From positions 96,001-160,000 of the forward strand of contig CBDESZ010000025.1 in NCBI GenBank assembly GCA_965242725.1: 64,000 nucleotides of DNA. The letters run 5' to 3'. Position numbers and translations under genes: made by a program. How positions within the stretch are numbered: position 1 is the first letter of the stretch; every line of letters begins with the position of its first letter. Under the pieces are notes generated by a model. It was given only the letters and a program-made list of their open reading frames with translations. It ran no database searches and had not been told where the DNA came from. Positions 59,777 through 64,000 of this stretch are shown here, one piece after another. This DNA comes from Alkalispirochaeta sp. GTDB taxonomy: Bacteria > Spirochaetota > Spirochaetia > DSM-27196 > Alkalispirochaetaceae.

Positions 59777-60759
59777 TCGTCCTCGAGGATGTCCATAAGC
59801 GGTATCCCCTTCACGCCGGTTTTTTTGCCCGTCAGGACGCGTCGGTCTTTGCGGTGAACGGCGTATCCCTCACCATCAGGGAGGGGGAAATTTACGGGCT
59901 CGTCGGTGAATCCGGCTGCGGAAAGACGACGACGGCACGCCTTCTCGTGCGTATGGAACGCCTCACCGAAGGGAGCATCTCCTATACCGATCGGTCCGGA
60001 CGGAGCTACCAGCTTGACCACATCGATCGTACCGGCCTGCGGGCGTTGAGAAGCCGCATACGCTACATCTTCCAGGACCCGGCGCGTTCCCTCAATCCCC
60101 GCCTCACGATTCGGGACGTGCTGCTGTCGGGATATCGCTACGCTCCCAGCTGGCCGGGAAAAAGGAAGGCCGAGGAAGAGGCGGCGTCACTCCTCGACGA
60201 GGTTGGGCTCTCGCCTGATGACCTCGACCGACGGCCCGCCGATTTCTCAGGCGGGCAACGGCAGCGAATCTCAATCGCCCGTGCGCTCATCACAAAACCG
60301 GAGGTTCTCATTTGTGATGAGGTGGTGAGCGCCCTGGATGTCTCCATACAGGGGCAGATTCTCCGTCTTCTTCTCCGTCTGCGGGAAGAACGAAATCTGA
60401 CGATGGTCTTTATCGCCCACGATCTCGCCGTCGTAGGATATGTGAGCGATCGCATCGGTGTCATGTATCGGGGAGTACTGGTGGAAGAGGCTCCGGCAAA
60501 GACGCTCCTCAGGGAACACCGGCACCCCTATACACGCTATCTCTTCCGTTCCATTCCGACGCTGGGCACTCCCGTTGCCGACGGGAATGGTGAGGGCGCC
60601 ACGAATACGGAGGCAGGAGACTCTCCGTTCGGTCGCCGGGGCGATCCGACCGAAAACCCCGTATCCAGCCCGGACGATCTGGTCATGGAAGAGGCGGGCC
60701 CGGATCATCGTGTCGGGAGGATCTTTTTCAGTCGGGAGGCTCCCGATGGGGATATCTGA
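59773..60759 (+). CDS. Peptide ABC transporter ATP-binding subunit (OppF-like)
   Basis: GESGCGKTT, FSGGQRQR, CDEVVSALDVS, HPYT. Confidence 0.94.
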   Translation: MIVLEDVHKRYPLHAGFFARQDASVFAVNGVSLTIREGEIYGLVGESGCGKTTTARLLVRMERLTEGSISYTDRSGRSYQLDHIDRTGLRALRSRIRYIFQDPARSLNPRLTIRDVLLSGYRYAPSWPGKRKAEEEAASLLDEVGLSPDDLDRRPADFSGGQRQRISIARALITKPEVLICDEVVSALDVSIQGQILRLLLRLREERNLTMVFIAHDLAVVGYVSDRIGVMYRGVLVEEAPAKTLLREHRHPYTRYLFRSIPTLGTPVADGNGEGATNTEAGDSPFGRRGDPTENPVSSPDDLVMEEAGPDHRVGRIFFSREAPDGDI

Positions 60760-61384
60760 TCTCCGTCACATCGGCGAGACCGCCACCTCCGCCGCCTTTG
60801 ACCTCTTCATGGCGCCACTGGAACGGTGGAAACTGCATCGAATTCGTTCCCGCCTCATTCCGGCGGCAACGGGGGACGTGCTTGAGATCGGGGCAGGGAC
60901 GGGGATCAACATACGATACTACCGTCCCGAACAGGTCAATTCACTCACGTTGAGCGACCGGGACGATCGTCGTATAACCCTGGCGAAACGCGTGGACGAG
61001 CTTGCGCCCCAACTCTCCCGGAAGACCCTGGTTCAGCGGCTCGACGCCGAAGGGTTGCCCTTTCCCGACGCGTCCTTTGATACGGTGGTGGCGACACTCC
61101 TTTTCTGCTCCGTCGATTGTCCGCCCTGCGGCTTCGATGAAATAGCGCGCGTGCTGAGACGGGGCGGCAGGTATCTCTTTCTTGAACACGTTGTGCCCCC
61201 CGAACCGGGACGGGCGAAGGTATTTAATGCCATAAATCCTCTCTGGAATACCCTTTCCCGGGGGTGCAATCTCAACCGGGATACCGTCGGTGAGATGGCT
61301 CGTGCCGGATTTCGCCTTGAGAAGGTGGAGCGGGACGGGGGGAACGGAATATTTGTCTGGGGAGTCGCGACGCCGCCGGGGTGA
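60746..61384 (+). CDS. Class I SAM-dependent methyltransferase
   Basis: VLEIGAGTG, LPFPDASFDTVV, LFCSV, FLEHV, GCNLNRD. Confidence 0.9.
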   Translation: MGISDLRHIGETATSAAFDLFMAPLERWKLHRIRSRLIPAATGDVLEIGAGTGINIRYYRPEQVNSLTLSDRDDRRITLAKRVDELAPQLSRKTLVQRLDAEGLPFPDASFDTVVATLLFCSVDCPPCGFDEIARVLRRGGRYLFLEHVVPPEPGRAKVFNAINPLWNTLSRGCNLNRDTVGEMARAGFRLEKVERDGGNGIFVWGVATPPG

Positions 61385-61435
61385 AGGCGGCCTAACTGTA
61401 CAGCACATTACATCGGCGCTATACTCCCTCCTTCC

Positions 61436-62824
61436 ATGTTTTTTTCGACGGTGAAGCGAATCGTCCTGCTGGGAACGCCCCTGCTGGCCGGTAATCTGGC
61501 TACCTACCTCATGAAAGTCGTCGACCTGGCGATGCTGGGACGTCTGGGTACCACAACGCTCGCTGCGGCGGGTATCGCCACCCTGGCGACGGGCGTTCTC
61601 TATACCTTCATATGGCCCGTCTCACTGGGGGTGCAGGCTCTTGCAAGCCGGCGGTACGGCAGGCAGACGATTGCGGGGATCAGGGAAGGAGACATGGAGT
61701 CCCGGCGCCGGGAAACGGCGTGGGTGCTCTCAAACGGCGCCATCGCAGGATGGATTTCCGCCGCACTCGCGTTGATTCTTTCTACAGTCGTCGGGCCGGT
61801 TCTGCGTCTCCTGCTTGCCGACGGCAACCTTGCCTCCCTCGCCATGGAGTACGTACGCGTCCTCAGGTGGAGCATGATCGTCATGAGTCTCGGGATGGCT
61901 CACCGGGGCTTCTTTGGAGCGGTCAATCGGACATCCATCGTCATGGCGGCCACCATTCTGGGAAACGGCCTGAACGTTCTGCTCAACTACGCGTTTATTT
62001 TCGGAAATTTCGGTGCTCCCGCCCTGGGGATACGGGGGGCAGCTCTGGGAACGCTCCTTTCCGAAGGGGCTCTCACATTGTTGTTCCTCCTGTACGGGCA
62101 GTTGGCTCCTTCGATGCGACCGTACCGCCTCCTGCGCTTTGCCCATGTCCGCAGGAAGACGATTGAAGACATCATACGGGTGATGGTGCCGCCGGCGGTG
62201 CAGAATACCGCCGCACTCTCCATTTTCCTTATCTACCAGACCCTCATTGGACGGCTCGGTACGGAGTACCTCGCGGTAACGGCGCTGCTTTTCAGTATTT
62301 TTCGGATCAATAAAACAATGGTCGGTGGGTTTGCCCAGGGGGCGTCCATCCTTGTCGGAAACAGCCTCGGGGCGGGAGACAGGGCGCACAGTCGTACAGT
62401 CATAGCGGCGCAGCAGCTGCTCGCCGCCATTATCGGAACGATTATCGTTGTGGTTCTTCTGTCCGTCCCGGAGGGCGTTCTCAGTCTCTTTGCCCTTGAG
62501 GAGAATCTCCTGCCCCTGGGGACGACGGTACTCCATTTTTTCGTCGCCTTTTTCTTTATCGAGGTCCTGGGGTACTCCTTCGAAATCATCTTCAGCCATA
62601 ACGGCTGGGGAAAACTGGTGCTTGCCTCCGAGTTCTCTACAAACGTCGTCTTCATTCTCGGGGCGACGATCCTTTCCGTCTGGGTCTTTGACTTCGGCAT
62701 CTGGGGGGCATGGACCGCATTTGCCCTCTATCAGGTTGCGCATGCGATTATTCTCACAATAGGCTTCTTCTCCGGGCGTTGGATGGCGGTTGAAGTGGAG
62801 CGGCCGGTACCGCAGAAAGGCTGA
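61436..62824 (+). CDS. MATE efflux transporter
   Basis: VVDLAMLGRLG, NYAFIFGNFGAPALGIRGAALGT; about 12 TM. Confidence 0.9.
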   Translation: MFFSTVKRIVLLGTPLLAGNLATYLMKVVDLAMLGRLGTTTLAAAGIATLATGVLYTFIWPVSLGVQALASRRYGRQTIAGIREGDMESRRRETAWVLSNGAIAGWISAALALILSTVVGPVLRLLLADGNLASLAMEYVRVLRWSMIVMSLGMAHRGFFGAVNRTSIVMAATILGNGLNVLLNYAFIFGNFGAPALGIRGAALGTLLSEGALTLLFLLYGQLAPSMRPYRLLRFAHVRRKTIEDIIRVMVPPAVQNTAALSIFLIYQTLIGRLGTEYLAVTALLFSIFRINKTMVGGFAQGASILVGNSLGAGDRAHSRTVIAAQQLLAAIIGTIIVVVLLSVPEGVLSLFALEENLLPLGTTVLHFFVAFFFIEVLGYSFEIIFSHNGWGKLVLASEFSTNVVFILGATILSVWVFDFGIWGAWTAFALYQVAHAIILTIGFFSGRWMAVEVERPVPQKG

Positions 62825-62843
62825 TCGTGATATCCTGACGTCT

Positions 62844-63434
62844 ATGAAATCGACGGAAGGTGTCACGCGATGTCCATGGTGCGGTGATGATCCTGACTAC
62901 GTTGTCTATCACGACACGGAATGGGGCGTCCCCGTCCATGATGAACGCCGCCATTTTGAGTTTCTCATCCTGGAAGGCGCCCAGGCGGGGTTGAGCTGGC
63001 TTACGATCCTGAAACGTCGGGAAGGGTACCGGCGTTGTTTTGCCGGATTTGACCCACACACCGTTGCGCGGTTTGGAGAAGAAGACATTGTCCGTCTGAA
63101 AAGTGACCCCGGAATCATTCGCAATGACAAAAAGATCCGTTCCGCCGTCGGGAACGCCCGCGCCTTTCTCGCCGTGCAGGAAGAGTTCGGTTCCTTTGAC
63201 CGGTACATCTGGCGATTTTTCGACGGGAGACCGCTTATAAACGCCTTCCGGGAGCTCTCGGAGATTCCTGCGGAGACCGACCTGTCCCGGACGATAAGTA
63301 AAGACCTCAAGAGCAGAGGATTTTCCTTTGTCGGGCCCACCATCGTCTACGCCCATATGCAGGCGACCGGGCTGGTCAATGATCATCTTGTCGATTGCTT
63401 CCGATACCGTGAAGTACAAGGTGATGCGCGATAG
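62844..63434 (+). CDS. tag: DNA-3-methyladenine glycosylase I
   Basis: RCPW, YHDTEWG, LEGAQAGLSW, IIRN, GPTIVYAHMQATGLVNDH, C. Confidence 0.96.
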   Translation: MKSTEGVTRCPWCGDDPDYVVYHDTEWGVPVHDERRHFEFLILEGAQAGLSWLTILKRREGYRRCFAGFDPHTVARFGEEDIVRLKSDPGIIRNDKKIRSAVGNARAFLAVQEEFGSFDRYIWRFFDGRPLINAFRELSEIPAETDLSRTISKDLKSRGFSFVGPTIVYAHMQATGLVNDHLVDCFRYREVQGDAR

Positions 63435-63498
63435 TTGGCGGTAGCATTCCACGGCGCGCACAGTTTCCTCTCTCCCGTTAATTGTTTACTATTTTACA

Positions 63499-63993
63499 AT
63501 GGCAAAGTATTGGACGAAACCGAGGATCGTATTTTTTACGTGGGGAGTCGTGGAACTCGTCGGCTGGCTGGCAACACACTATTGGCCCGATCCCCGGGTC
63601 AACTGGGTATGGCTTGGATTGACCGTTATCGGGCTCATACCGATGGTCAAATACATGTCACTGAAAGTACCGAAAATGAGGAAGATCCTCACCCTCTGGG
63701 CGGTAGCCCTCGCGATCGGCATGGTCGCCTCATTCGGTTCCTTTGTGTGGCCATGGCTCTTCTGGCTGCCTGCATACCTTGGCGGATTCTGGCTCATCCT
63801 TATGGGAGCCGCATTCGTCGTCAACGCACTGTGGTGGACGCCGAAACTCTTTGTCATTGGAGGTCTTGCTCAAATCGCCGCCGGAATCGGGACGATGACC
63901 GTCATGACCCTCACGATCTATCAATACATCGTCGCCGCGGTGGTGGGCTCCGGCGCGATGTTCCTTCTCATGTATAAAAAAGGGCCAAAGTGA
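63499..63993 (+). CDS. Hypothetical integral membrane protein (about 6 TM, Trp-rich)
   Basis: 164-aa hydrophobic ORF preceded by TACTAT-6nt-ATG. Confidence 0.7.
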   Translation: MAKYWTKPRIVFFTWGVVELVGWLATHYWPDPRVNWVWLGLTVIGLIPMVKYMSLKVPKMRKILTLWAVALAIGMVASFGSFVWPWLFWLPAYLGGFWLILMGAAFVVNALWWTPKLFVIGGLAQIAAGIGTMTVMTLTIYQYIVAAVVGSGAMFLLMYKKGPK

Positions 63994-64000
63994 AATTATT

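Noticed and set aside
1..64000. Prophage, IS, integron or anti-phage defence island
   Set aside because: No integrase, transposase, phage structural, nuclease or restriction-modification motifs were recognised in any ORF.

Overview
This is a GC-rich bacterial chromosomal segment, most likely from a free-living anaerobic spirochaete (class Spirochaetia). That is an inference from the 'FAGGQGE'-type signal region of the TRAP binding protein, the rseC-rnfBCDGEA gene order and the parE type. No rRNA, tRNA, CRISPR array, integrase or IS element is evident. The main blocks are: (1) a sigma54-dependent response regulator followed by a chaperone-usher pilus cluster (pilin, chaperone, usher, two-domain tip subunit) whose mature proteins contain no cysteine; the cluster has a clear -24/-12 promoter and two phased palindromic enhancer-like sites; (2) rseC-rnfBCDGEA; (3) a DHOD-like protein, trxB, an HD hydrolase, a long MinD/FlhG-like ATPase and two HisKA_2 kinases, one with a degenerate ATP-binding domain; (4) a glutaredoxin, ferredoxin:thioredoxin reductase and MenA-like operon, then trkAH and a parE with no parC; (5) a divergent LacI-type sugar-acid catabolic locus (kdgK, eda, a D-2-hydroxyacid dehydrogenase, two Ldh_2 enzymes, TRAP, YiaL-like, Gfo/Idh/MocA); (6) housekeeping and transport genes (mhq-like pair, panE, acs, slyD, two MATEs, a peptide ABC transporter, tag). 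At least 13 genes have a -10-like hexamer (mostly TAnnnT) 6-7 nt before the start codon and no correctly spaced Shine-Dalgarno site, suggesting widespread leaderless mRNAs. A structured intergenic region near 50.0-50.2 kb may be an ncRNA (6S-like). Several single-base frameshifts (usher, eda, kdgK, Ldh_2, MATE) are probably uncorrected sequencing indels.
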